Shown here in pieces: positions 30,493-39,522 of a stretch of DNA of 64,000 nt (its first letter is position 1; each line of letters begins with the position of its first letter). The translations under genes and the position numbers were made by a program. The notes below the pieces were generated by a model. That model searched no databases and was not told the DNA's origin. It saw only the letters and a program-made list of their open reading frames with translations. This DNA is from Spirochaetota bacterium (GTDB lineage Bacteria > Spirochaetota > UBA6919 > CBDBPB01), in the NCBI GenBank assembly GCA_965208615.1, contig CBDBPB010000004.1, positions 384,001-448,000 on the forward strand, read 5' to 3'.

Positions 30493-31845
30493 TTATTTAG
30501 ATAAAGTTGTTAGCATCTCTTTTGTATAGACATACGATTCATAAAACTTATTTAATTCATCCTCTGATAAAGTCATAGAGAACATATCTTTTACTCCATC
30601 CTTTAAGGAGACTAAAGATGGATATCCAATATAAACATCCTTAATCCTATGATCCAAGTCAAACTTATCTATATACCGTGAAATAGGCCAAATAGAAGGA
30701 TAATCTTTATATAATGACTGAATAAGACTTACTGTAACGGCTGCGATTCCTCTATAGCTTGCTCCTTGTGCCTCTATAATTTTGTATGCACTTTGTTTTA
30801 TAGATTTAAAAATATTATAATACTCATCAACGCTCATATATTTGCTAATGTGTATACCGGATACAAATGAATGACTAAAAACAGGAATTGCATTATCTCC
30901 ATGAGGTCCAATCATCTGACATGTAACATCAGAAGGGTTAATCCATAAATGTTTTGCAATTTCGCTAATCATGCGAGCATTTTCTAATATACAACCAGTA
31001 CCAAATATCCTATCTTTGTTTGTATCAGAATAATTAGCAAATGCTTGAGTCATAACATCCAAAGGATTAGTAATAACAATATACAATGCCTGGGGATTAA
31101 TACCTTTAAGGTTTTCAGCCAATGTTTTAATGATCTCGTGGTTTTTATATATAAGATCATCCCTGCTTTCGCCAACCTGTTGAGGAATACCAGTCGATAT
31201 TATAATAATATCCGTATAAAATAAATCGTGGTAGTCCACAAGCTCAATAGACACATGGGGAAAGGAAACTGCAGATTCTTTTAAATCTAATAATTTTCCT
31301 TCATCTTCATCTCTATTGCGGATAGACTTAATAAATACTCTTTCACATGTCTCAGACGCAATAATTAGTTGAGCAATCTCTAAGCCTACTCGTCCTAGTC
31401 CAATTATTCCAACGGTATTAGGGGATAATACCTTTTTATGTAGTCTAGAACGTGATATTCCATTTATAATCCATGGAATTATCTTACTATCAAAGTCTTT
31501 TAGGTCTTCTTTGTCTATGAAAGTTAAAATATTGTTAGAAAGGGATAATATTTGCTTTCTTAAATCTATTCTCGTGGATATAAATATTACAGGAAGGTCT
31601 AACTCTTTATCAATGATCTTTACCAGCTCATGACCTTGCATTTTTGGCATCTCTTCATCAAGCATAACAAGATCAATAGCCATGCCTTTAAGCCTAGCAA
31701 TATCCTTCAGCACCATTAGGGGGTCATTATAAGCTATAACATCGATATTTTCATCATTTAATCGTTTTTTATAAATCTTAGTGTATATAACACTATCATC
31801 AACTGTTAATACTCGTCCTTTAACCCTCCTTTTGTTATAGGCCAT
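30493..31845 (-). CDS. Response-regulator receiver domain fused to an L-lactate/malate dehydrogenase family domain
   Basis: N-terminal VLTVDDS, LVMLDEEMPKMQG, VIFIST, FIDK. C-terminal VGIIGLGRVG, TGIPQQVGESRDDL..N, VITNPLDVMT, GTGCILENAR, IGPHGD, GASYRGIA. One uninterrupted 450-aa ORF. Confidence 0.9.
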   Translation of the reverse strand: MAYNKRRVKGRVLTVDDSVIYTKIYKKRLNDENIDVIAYNDPLMVLKDIARLKGMAIDLVMLDEEMPKMQGHELVKIIDKELDLPVIFISTRIDLRKQILSLSNNILTFIDKEDLKDFDSKIIPWIINGISRSRLHKKVLSPNTVGIIGLGRVGLEIAQLIIASETCERVFIKSIRNRDEDEGKLLDLKESAVSFPHVSIELVDYHDLFYTDIIIISTGIPQQVGESRDDLIYKNHEIIKTLAENLKGINPQALYIVITNPLDVMTQAFANYSDTNKDRIFGTGCILENARMISEIAKHLWINPSDVTCQMIGPHGDNAIPVFSHSFVSGIHISKYMSVDEYYNIFKSIKQSAYKIIEAQGASYRGIAAVTVSLIQSLYKDYPSIWPISRYIDKFDLDHRIKDVYIGYPSLVSLKDGVKDMFSMTLSEDELNKFYESYVYTKEMLTTLSK

Positions 31846-31910
31846 AAAAAGTGTATTCCCTTATTTTTAGCTGATATTATAGTATATCAATAAGTAACCC
31901 TATAATTATG

Positions 31911-33797
31911 TTATTTTGCACTATCAACTTTTTTAGTAGAGTCTTTTATACTATCACTATCCCATTTTTCTTCTTTCTCAGACGAAGATACTCCAACATG
32001 CAAAACAGATACCTCTTGATTTAACTCATCTATCTCTCTATTAATAGAAGTTTTATCATTCATAATATAGTTATTAAGGTCCTTACCAAGAAATATAGAA
32101 TATTTATAAGTATATTTTCCTTTTGCCAATAAAAACTTACCTGTCCAGCTTCCATCATCTTGTTTGTTAAGCTCATATTCCTTAACCTGCTTACTTTCAC
32201 TAGATTTAATAATAACAGATACCTTTTTTACACTATCTTCACTATACATAGCTAAAAATTGCTTATATCCGCTAAGCTTCTTTTTATCTGGACTATCTTT
32301 AGCCGCTTCTTCATTAATAGCTTTTTTCATCTCTATTCTAACCATATTAAGCTGATCAAACTTAAAAGCAACCCTATAATAACTTATATTACCAACATTA
32401 ACAACATTACTATTAGAAATACTACTAGTAAGTTCCCTTTCTTCGATTCTTAGTTCCTCAGGATCATAAGGAAGTTTTTTCAAAACCTCTTTTTTGATAA
32501 CTTTATTATCGGCAATACTATCCCTAACTGACTTAGGTTTTCTTTTCTTATCAATTTTTTTATCTATAAGCGGCTCTGTAAACATTCCAGGTACTTCTAT
32601 TACACAAACATTTCCTGTTATATTATTTTCTCTATTAACATTTTTAGCTATACCTTTATCATCCTTTACAGGCACTTTATTTACTCTATAGCTTTCATCG
32701 TTCGAGATAACCTTATTAGAATAAGGATCTAAAACCTTTAACTCAATATTACTAGTTCCAGAAAAGGATAATATAAAATAATACTTATACACTCCAGCTG
32801 AAAGAGGAATTTTAACAGAATAAATCCCATTTTTGTCCTTAACCATTGGATGTTTTGAACTATCCCAGTTATTAAAGGATCCTACAACGCTTACCCCTTC
32901 AACCCTATCAGAATTATAAAGTTTTAGATTTTCAACCAGCATATCAAGCTTTTGAGGATCAGTCTCACCAGCAATCATGTCTTCAAGGGTTTTTCTACCT
33001 AACTCAAGGTTTAAAAACCTAAATGTAACAGAATAGTCCTTTTTTTCAAACCTAGGTTGAGCACTCTCACCAAGGAAATGATGAAGTTTATATAACCTTA
33101 ATATACCTTTTAGTCTTTTAACAAGTTTAACTAAAACAATATTCTTATCACTAAGCTCGGTTATACCAAGACCAGGAATATTAAGAATAACCTTTTTCTT
33201 TCCAAAGATGTTCAAGCTCTTATCTAAAGATGATTCATTTAATTTAATAGATTTATAATCATTTAGTATTATTTCTGTAGCAATCAAGCTATTTCTAAAC
33301 CTGATAACTTTAATAGCGTTAATATTTTGACTATCTATGGTTTTAGTTTCAGTTTCCTCAAATGGTATATAAGTTATATTGCGATCTATTATTATATTTC
33401 TTTGAATGGTAATTTGTCTTCCTTCTTTTTCATACACTACTTCTGCGTGATAGTTATAGCCATCCCATTTATATACGTTATTTACTTTATCTCCAGACTT
33501 AATACTATCCAAGTTTCCGTCAATTATTTTAGCCTTTAAATACCTTGGTATAATCTTTGATACTTTTATAATAGCTTTTGTTGAGTCATCCTTATCATGA
33601 ATATATAAAACGGTTCCCTTTTTTATGGACTGTGCCTGATTAGTTTTTATCCAGACAGTTTTATCATTTTGAGCCGTATTTTTTATAACTCCCTTAAAAA
33701 TACTTTTAGCAATAAGGCTATGGCTAAATAATATGGACAATGATATTATAATTGCTATTTTTATAGGCGTTTTCATTAAAATCCCCCTTAACTTCAT
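31911..33797 (-). CDS. Secreted protein with an N-terminal FlgT-C-like barrel and two glycogen-binding (CBM48/AMPK-beta-like) domains
   Basis: Signal peptide; VWIKTNQAQSIKKGTVLYI..AIIKVSKI..AKII..IKSGDKV; VSVVGSFNNWD..PMVKDKNGIYSVKIPLSAGVYKYYF..DP; second degenerate copy LNKQDDGSWTGKFLLAKGKYTYKY. Confidence 0.72.
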   Translation of the reverse strand: MKLRGILMKTPIKIAIIISLSILFSHSLIAKSIFKGVIKNTAQNDKTVWIKTNQAQSIKKGTVLYIHDKDDSTKAIIKVSKIIPRYLKAKIIDGNLDSIKSGDKVNNVYKWDGYNYHAEVVYEKEGRQITIQRNIIIDRNITYIPFEETETKTIDSQNINAIKVIRFRNSLIATEIILNDYKSIKLNESSLDKSLNIFGKKKVILNIPGLGITELSDKNIVLVKLVKRLKGILRLYKLHHFLGESAQPRFEKKDYSVTFRFLNLELGRKTLEDMIAGETDPQKLDMLVENLKLYNSDRVEGVSVVGSFNNWDSSKHPMVKDKNGIYSVKIPLSAGVYKYYFILSFSGTSNIELKVLDPYSNKVISNDESYRVNKVPVKDDKGIAKNVNRENNITGNVCVIEVPGMFTEPLIDKKIDKKRKPKSVRDSIADNKVIKKEVLKKLPYDPEELRIEERELTSSISNSNVVNVGNISYYRVAFKFDQLNMVRIEMKKAINEEAAKDSPDKKKLSGYKQFLAMYSEDSVKKVSVIIKSSESKQVKEYELNKQDDGSWTGKFLLAKGKYTYKYSIFLGKDLNNYIMNDKTSINREIDELNQEVSVLHVGVSSSEKEEKWDSDSIKDSTKKVDSAK

Positions 33798-33921
33798 TGT
33801 GTGAAATATATAATAAATATAGAAATTTTCAAGTTAATTTAATAAAAAAACAATTTTTAGTATACTCTTAGTTATATTGCTCTATATAACTCTATAACAT
33901 ATATAGAAACTAGTTAAGTTA

Positions 33922-34917
33922 TCATAGCTTTTCTGCAATCTGAACAGCATTTAATGCCGCACCTTTTAAAAGCTGATCACCTGCCGTAAATAATGCAATA
34001 CCATTTTCTGTAGAGTAGTCATAGCGTATTCTTCCCACAAGGACATCGTCTATATTAGAAGCCAATAAAGGCATAGGAAAATAGTTTTTTTCTATATCAT
34101 CAACAAGTTTTGTTCCATCGAACTCGTCAATAGCCTTTTTAACAGCCGATAATGATAAGTCATTTTCCAGTTCAAGGTTAATAGACTCCGAATGAGCACG
34201 TAACACTGGAACACGTATACAAGTAGCAGATATCTTTATCTTACTATTATTTAATATTTTCTGAACTTCATTAATCATCTTTTTTTCTTCTGTATTATAT
34301 CCATCGTCACCAATCATGGAGTCATGAGAAAAAAGATTAAAAGCAATTTGATGAGGAAAAACTTTTTTAATAATAGATTCATTATTAATATATGCTCTAG
34401 ACTGTTTTATTAATTCCTCCATGGCCTCATGTCCTGCACCACTTGCAGACTGATAGGTGGATACAATAATACGCTTTATTTTGGATAACCTATAAATAGG
34501 GAAAACAGCCATAAGCAGTATAATAGTACTACAATTCGGATTAGCAATAATACCTTTGTGATGCTTAATAACGTCTGAGTTAATCTCTGGTATAACAAGG
34601 GGAGTATTATTATCCATTCTAAATGCAGAACTATTATCTACAACAATACATCCCTCTTTAACCGCATGAGGTGCAAATTCAACACTTCTACTACCTCCAG
34701 CACTAAATAATGCAATATCCATACCCTTAAAAGAGCTAGGTTTTAATTCTTCTATAAGTATTTTCTCACCGTTAAAATTAAGCTTTTGTCCTTTTGAACG
34801 CCTTGATGCCAAAAGCTTAATGGATCTAACAGGAAAACTTCTTTTTTCTAAAACCTTTAAAATCTCATTCCCAACGGCACCACTGGCACCAACAACAGCT
34901 ACATTTTTTAAATTCAC
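33922..34917 (-). CDS. asd: Aspartate-semialdehyde dehydrogenase
   Basis: VAVVGASGAVG, ALFSAGG, VDNSSAFRM, IIANPNCST, STYQSASGAG, ATCIRVPVLRAHSE, DQLLKGAALNAVQIAE. Confidence 0.98.
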   Translation of the reverse strand: MNLKNVAVVGASGAVGNEILKVLEKRSFPVRSIKLLASRRSKGQKLNFNGEKILIEELKPSSFKGMDIALFSAGGSRSVEFAPHAVKEGCIVVDNSSAFRMDNNTPLVIPEINSDVIKHHKGIIANPNCSTIILLMAVFPIYRLSKIKRIIVSTYQSASGAGHEAMEELIKQSRAYINNESIIKKVFPHQIAFNLFSHDSMIGDDGYNTEEKKMINEVQKILNNSKIKISATCIRVPVLRAHSESINLELENDLSLSAVKKAIDEFDGTKLVDDIEKNYFPMPLLASNIDDVLVGRIRYDYSTENGIALFTAGDQLLKGAALNAVQIAEKL

Positions 34918-35067
34918 TTAATTATCCTTAATTTTATAAGATAATCTAATAAATTAATACCCTAGCCTCCCCAAAGGCAACCTAAACTTATAAAAAAAAA
35001 TATAAACTCCATTAGTAGTATATTTTAATGTTTAACTAATTAAATTCCTCAACTGCTAAACTAATAT

Positions 35068-36273
35068 TTAATTGTTGGTTGGTTCCATAGGAAAGTCTTT
35101 ACCCATAACCAAAAGAATATCATAATACTGATCAGGCTTATTAGCAGTATTATAAATATGTTTAATTTTTAATGATCCCTTTATATAGTTAGCCATCTCA
35201 AGGTTATCAGATAAATTAACAATATATGACTCATCTATTATATTTCTGCCTATTCCATAAAAGCTAACATCAAGATTTAGCACCTTTACTAAAAAGTTTT
35301 TACGCTCAGACTGGCTAAACTCATCAAGATGTCCTAATCCGCTGGAATCAATAACCTTTACACGAATCTTATTAGAGGCCTTAGGATATAAACTCGTTGG
35401 AGACTTTATAAACCTAAAATAATCCTCTGGAGAGTCTTTTAAAGATAATTCTCCTTTTTCTCTAAAAGAAAACATATAAGAATAAATATCCATAATCCTA
35501 ATCCTAGATAGCATATCCAAAAATATCCTCCCCTTATTAGATGGCATATTAGATATAACACCATAATTATTAATAGCCTTAACAAATTCGCTACCGTTAG
35601 ATAACAATTTTAATACCGAATATAATACTCTATTATGCTTAGTCTTAGTAGAAAGAACTTTGTTAGCAGGATTCATATACTTTGATATACCATATCCCTG
35701 TATCAAAAAGAAATTATTACTCTGATCATATTTCTCTAAAATAGATCCATGTACAATAATTTCTTTATTCTTTTCTGAGTATAGAATAACTTTTTTTAAT
35801 TTTCTTGATACCTTTTCATAAAGGTTGTCATATAAAACCAAATAATAAAACTTTTTATTAAAAAACCACTGAAATTGATCTAAAAGACCATTTTCTTTTT
35901 TCTTATTATAAACATTGATAAGCTGTTTTTGTTTAAGAGAGGCCTTTGCAGGAAAATAAGATAGTATTAACTTTCCGGTATTTTTTTTATACCCCATCAT
36001 TATAACCGATATAAGTTTATTATCCCTAGGGTTATTTACATTAATTATTATAAAGTGGTAGTCAGACTTGCTTAGCTCATGAGATTCTTTAGTTTTGTTT
36101 ATGCCCAAAAAGTAGTATAATAAAACCGTAATTAAAATAAATATAACAAATATGCTTATTAATCCCTTTATCGGAAAGCTTTTCTTCTTATTTATTCTTT
36201 TTCTTCTTGATACACTTTGTTTAAACTTATAGTTTTTGTAATCAAACTTTTTTTGCCTCATTATATAAACCAC
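35068..36273 (-). CDS. Single-pass membrane protein with divergent LCP-like and LytR_C-like domains
   Basis: Basic N-terminus then one TM helix; C-terminal IRVKVIDSSGLG..AN..YYDILLVMGKDF matches the LytR_C pattern. LCP catalytic arginine motifs are not recognisable. Confidence 0.6.
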   Translation of the reverse strand: MVYIMRQKKFDYKNYKFKQSVSRRKRINKKKSFPIKGLISIFVIFILITVLLYYFLGINKTKESHELSKSDYHFIIINVNNPRDNKLISVIMMGYKKNTGKLILSYFPAKASLKQKQLINVYNKKKENGLLDQFQWFFNKKFYYLVLYDNLYEKVSRKLKKVILYSEKNKEIIVHGSILEKYDQSNNFFLIQGYGISKYMNPANKVLSTKTKHNRVLYSVLKLLSNGSEFVKAINNYGVISNMPSNKGRIFLDMLSRIRIMDIYSYMFSFREKGELSLKDSPEDYFRFIKSPTSLYPKASNKIRVKVIDSSGLGHLDEFSQSERKNFLVKVLNLDVSFYGIGRNIIDESYIVNLSDNLEMANYIKGSLKIKHIYNTANKPDQYYDILLVMGKDFPMEPTNN

Positions 36274-36514
36274 TTTGTTTTTTATTAATCCAACTTATAT
36301 TTGCGATAATATATTGCTGTTCGAGCTTTCTAACAATTTAAATAGCCTAACCTTAGTATACAGTAATACAAGCAAAATTGATAAATCAAATACTTCAAAA
36401 GTTAATGATAACAATTATAAATGACAAGAAAATATAATCCTAATAAGGCTCATATATAATTTCTTTACTAAGATTATGTTAAAGGTCTTTGTTTTTATAT
36501 TATAAAATCACTTT

Positions 36515-39223
36515 TTGGATAAGCCTATGCTTAATGATAAAACTTTTAAACAAAGCAATACAGCTACCTTAAACAACTTAAAAAATATAATCTCGTCACA
36601 AAAAAAATGGATAATAATAGAGTCCTCATATTCTGTATCTAAGCTATATAAAAAACTAAATAAAGAAATAACAAAAACCCTTTGGATAAGTGATAACTCT
36701 AAGTTGATACCCTTTATAGCTAATAGTATAAAAAATAATCCTAACTATAATGATTATTATAACATGCTAAAAGTGGATAGTAACGTTTACATTTTCATGC
36801 AACACCTTTCATACATAAACGAGCTAATCACTAAATATAGATGGAATCTCATAATAATAGACATAAATACATTTGATAAAAATATTACAAAAAACTCAGA
36901 ACTATTTTTACTCCTAAAAAAGTTAAGAAATATTAATCAAAAGCTTATATTAATAACCTCATCAAAAATAGCTTTGTCTATAAGACGATATTTTAATCAA
37001 TCTTTTTCAAGTTTAATTAAGCCTACAATAAATACATATTCAAACTTTAGAGTACTAACAGAAAAAAAAACTTCTCATAAACTTTTAAAAATATTAACAC
37101 TACTACAAAATATAAAGGGTAAAGGGATAATATTTATCTCACACAAAGAAGAAGGACAATTAGTAAAAGCTTTCTTAGACTCAAAAGGATATTCATCAGT
37201 ATATACTAAAGATTCAAAAGTAAGCTATAGGTATTTAAAGAATCAATTTTCATCATCAAAAAGCCATTTATATGCGGTAAAAGTAGTTATCACTAACAGC
37301 ATTGATGATATATCCTTTATCTCAAGCGATATTAACTGGATAATTCATTATAACTTTTCCAGCGGTATAACTGACTATCTAAAAGAGCTAAACTGGATAA
37401 CATCCAAAACCAATGAGCCAGAATCTTATATATTCTACAACCATAGAGATAAGGTATTAAGAGAGTCAATTATCAAAGAAGGATGTCCTGATAATAAATC
37501 CATAAGGATGGTATACTCCCATATAAAAAAAAACTTTAGGTGGGGTAACTATTGCTTTGTACCTCTTAACAAACATTTTAGTAATTTAAGGCTATCGAAT
37601 AAAAGGCTTAAAGCAACTCTAAAGGTTTTAGAACAAAAAAAACTTATAAAAAAAGAATCCCGTATAATTAGCTATGCAAAAATACTAATAGACTCCTATA
37701 CCTTTAAAAACTATCCTCAATACCTTAATAGAATGGTTAACACTGATAAGCAAAACTGCCGAATAATTAATGTATTTACTATTTGTAAAAATACTAATAT
37801 ATCCCCAATTGCTATAACAAAAAACCTTTTAAACCTAGAACAAGAAGGCAAAATATTATTCTTAGAAAAACATTTCGCAGAAGCATACTATATAACAGAA
37901 AATAACGATATCCGGTTAAAGCTTGATTACAAAGAAATAAGAAAGGCTGTTGAAATCCATAATGACTACAACGAACTTAATAAATTAGAACAGCTTGTTC
38001 AAAAAAAGCTATGCCTTAGTCCAGATAAACCAAATATCACTGATAACATAGATAGTTCTACAATGACTGGCAGAGTTATTTTAGGTATACTAGTGGTATT
38101 AGAAGAATCTTTTTTTCCATTGGGCAAATGTTTAGTATCGGAGGTTCTAACAGGATCAGGGTCAAAGAAACTAAAAAAGCTTAAACTGGATACACTATCT
38201 TTATATAGTTCTTTTAGTTTAGTAAAAGCTGAGTATATAAAAGAATTGGTTATAGAGCTTATCCTAAACGGATTATTAGAAGAAATATTTATTAAAGGCG
38301 GACTCCTTAAAGGATTAAGGCTCTCTAACAAAGGGGTTGAGGTAGTAAAAAAGGAAGGCCAGTTTAATAAGTTTTTTTGGAAAAACCATAAACAAAACTT
38401 CTCAAATAAAAAAAGCTCCCTTTACTCTACCATAAAGAAAACTATAGATAATGAATATAAAGGAAAATTATCAGACAATATTCTAAAGGCTATTTCGTAC
38501 ATGAGGCCGGAAAATAAAAAAGAACTCTCTATGATTAAAGGCATAAAACATGAACAGGTTGATAAGTTAGCTCCATTAGTCTTACAGAACACACTTTCTA
38601 ATAACAAAACTAATGATGATATACAGTCTATGAAATGCATAACAGAAATAGAAAACTTTATCAAAAATGAGTTTTATCCACAAATAAAAGGAGATTTTAA
38701 TAAAGGATATAGTTTAAGTTATTATACGTCAATATCAGAGGGCAAAAGGAGTTATACACCTATTGGTAAAATAGTTCACAACTATAAGTATAAAAATAAA
38801 AAAGAGATTAGCCATTTAATTAAGGATAAAATACTATCTTTTTTTGAAAAAGAAAAGGAGTTCTTAAAAGTCGACTTTATAAGTGTGATACCGTCTCATA
38901 AAAAGTATCCTTCTATTACATCAGAGTTAGCCGAGTGGATTAGTATTAAACTAAATATTCCTTTTCAGCCCGATCTTATAATGCAAACAAGGGATTCTAA
39001 TTATCAAAAAACACTGGATACCCTTGACAAACGAGTTAATAATTCTCTTAACTTGTTTACTACAGCTTATAAGGACCTAATAAAAAACCGCTCTATACTC
39101 ATCATGGATGATATTTATGACTCTGGTACTACTGCTAATGAGTGTACAAGGTACTTAAAGGCACATAAGGCATACAGAATATATTTGTTAACCTGTACTA
39201 AAACTTCTTATAGGGATATATAA
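36515..39223 (+). CDS. Degenerate RecQ-like helicase scaffold with RQC and HRDC domains fused to a ComF-type phosphoribosyltransferase
   Basis: RecQ-like frame (KGIIFI..L..KGY, VVITN..DINWIIHYNF..DYLKEL..YIFY), RQC (GKCLVSEVLTGS..LY..LILNGLL..LRLSNKG), HRDC (LSDNILKAI..RPENKKELSMIKGI), PRT (IGKIVHNYKY, VIPS, ILIMDDIYDSGTT). Confidence 0.8.
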   Translation: MDKPMLNDKTFKQSNTATLNNLKNIISSQKKWIIIESSYSVSKLYKKLNKEITKTLWISDNSKLIPFIANSIKNNPNYNDYYNMLKVDSNVYIFMQHLSYINELITKYRWNLIIIDINTFDKNITKNSELFLLLKKLRNINQKLILITSSKIALSIRRYFNQSFSSLIKPTINTYSNFRVLTEKKTSHKLLKILTLLQNIKGKGIIFISHKEEGQLVKAFLDSKGYSSVYTKDSKVSYRYLKNQFSSSKSHLYAVKVVITNSIDDISFISSDINWIIHYNFSSGITDYLKELNWITSKTNEPESYIFYNHRDKVLRESIIKEGCPDNKSIRMVYSHIKKNFRWGNYCFVPLNKHFSNLRLSNKRLKATLKVLEQKKLIKKESRIISYAKILIDSYTFKNYPQYLNRMVNTDKQNCRIINVFTICKNTNISPIAITKNLLNLEQEGKILFLEKHFAEAYYITENNDIRLKLDYKEIRKAVEIHNDYNELNKLEQLVQKKLCLSPDKPNITDNIDSSTMTGRVILGILVVLEESFFPLGKCLVSEVLTGSGSKKLKKLKLDTLSLYSSFSLVKAEYIKELVIELILNGLLEEIFIKGGLLKGLRLSNKGVEVVKKEGQFNKFFWKNHKQNFSNKKSSLYSTIKKTIDNEYKGKLSDNILKAISYMRPENKKELSMIKGIKHEQVDKLAPLVLQNTLSNNKTNDDIQSMKCITEIENFIKNEFYPQIKGDFNKGYSLSYYTSISEGKRSYTPIGKIVHNYKYKNKKEISHLIKDKILSFFEKEKEFLKVDFISVIPSHKKYPSITSELAEWISIKLNIPFQPDLIMQTRDSNYQKTLDTLDKRVNNSLNLFTTAYKDLIKNRSILIMDDIYDSGTTANECTRYLKAHKAYRIYLLTCTKTSYRDI

Positions 39224-39461
39224 TAGCCTGTTAAACTGTTATACATTACATTAACTGTAAAAAACCATATAACAAATATAATAAAAACTATTCTAAGTTA
39301 GCCAACCACTCTCATAAAGAAGTATAAAATAAACCTATCCTTATATTCTATATTTTGTCATAAAGTGATAAGTGTTATATAAAAATCTATGCCTTAGTGA
39401 GTTAATTAAATATCTTACTTTTATGATAGTTTTTCTTAATATTTAAATTATTGTATAAGAT

Positions 39462-39489
39462 TTGACATAATAAATGTAGAAGATATAGT
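39462..39489 (+). promoter_or_regulatory. Putative sigma70 promoter of nrdJ, overlapping weak NrdR-box-like sequences
   Basis: TTGACA (39462-39467), 16 bp, TATAGT (39484-39489). Between them ataaatgtag and gaagatatag partly match the NrdR core CwAtATaTwG. Confidence 0.5.
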
Positions 39490-39522
39490 ATATATAATTT
39501 ATAAATGTTACGGGGATAATAA

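Noticed and set aside
34918-35067. Possible lysine riboswitch upstream of asd (small gcct-ccccaa-aggc hairpin near 34966-34978)
   Set aside because: The gap is only 150 bp and very AT-rich, and lacks the conserved L-box core; only a 4-bp stem is present.
39224-39522. Cobalamin riboswitch upstream of nrdJ
   Set aside because: No B12-box or GGGAA/GCCACTG core; a plain sigma70-like promoter explains the region.
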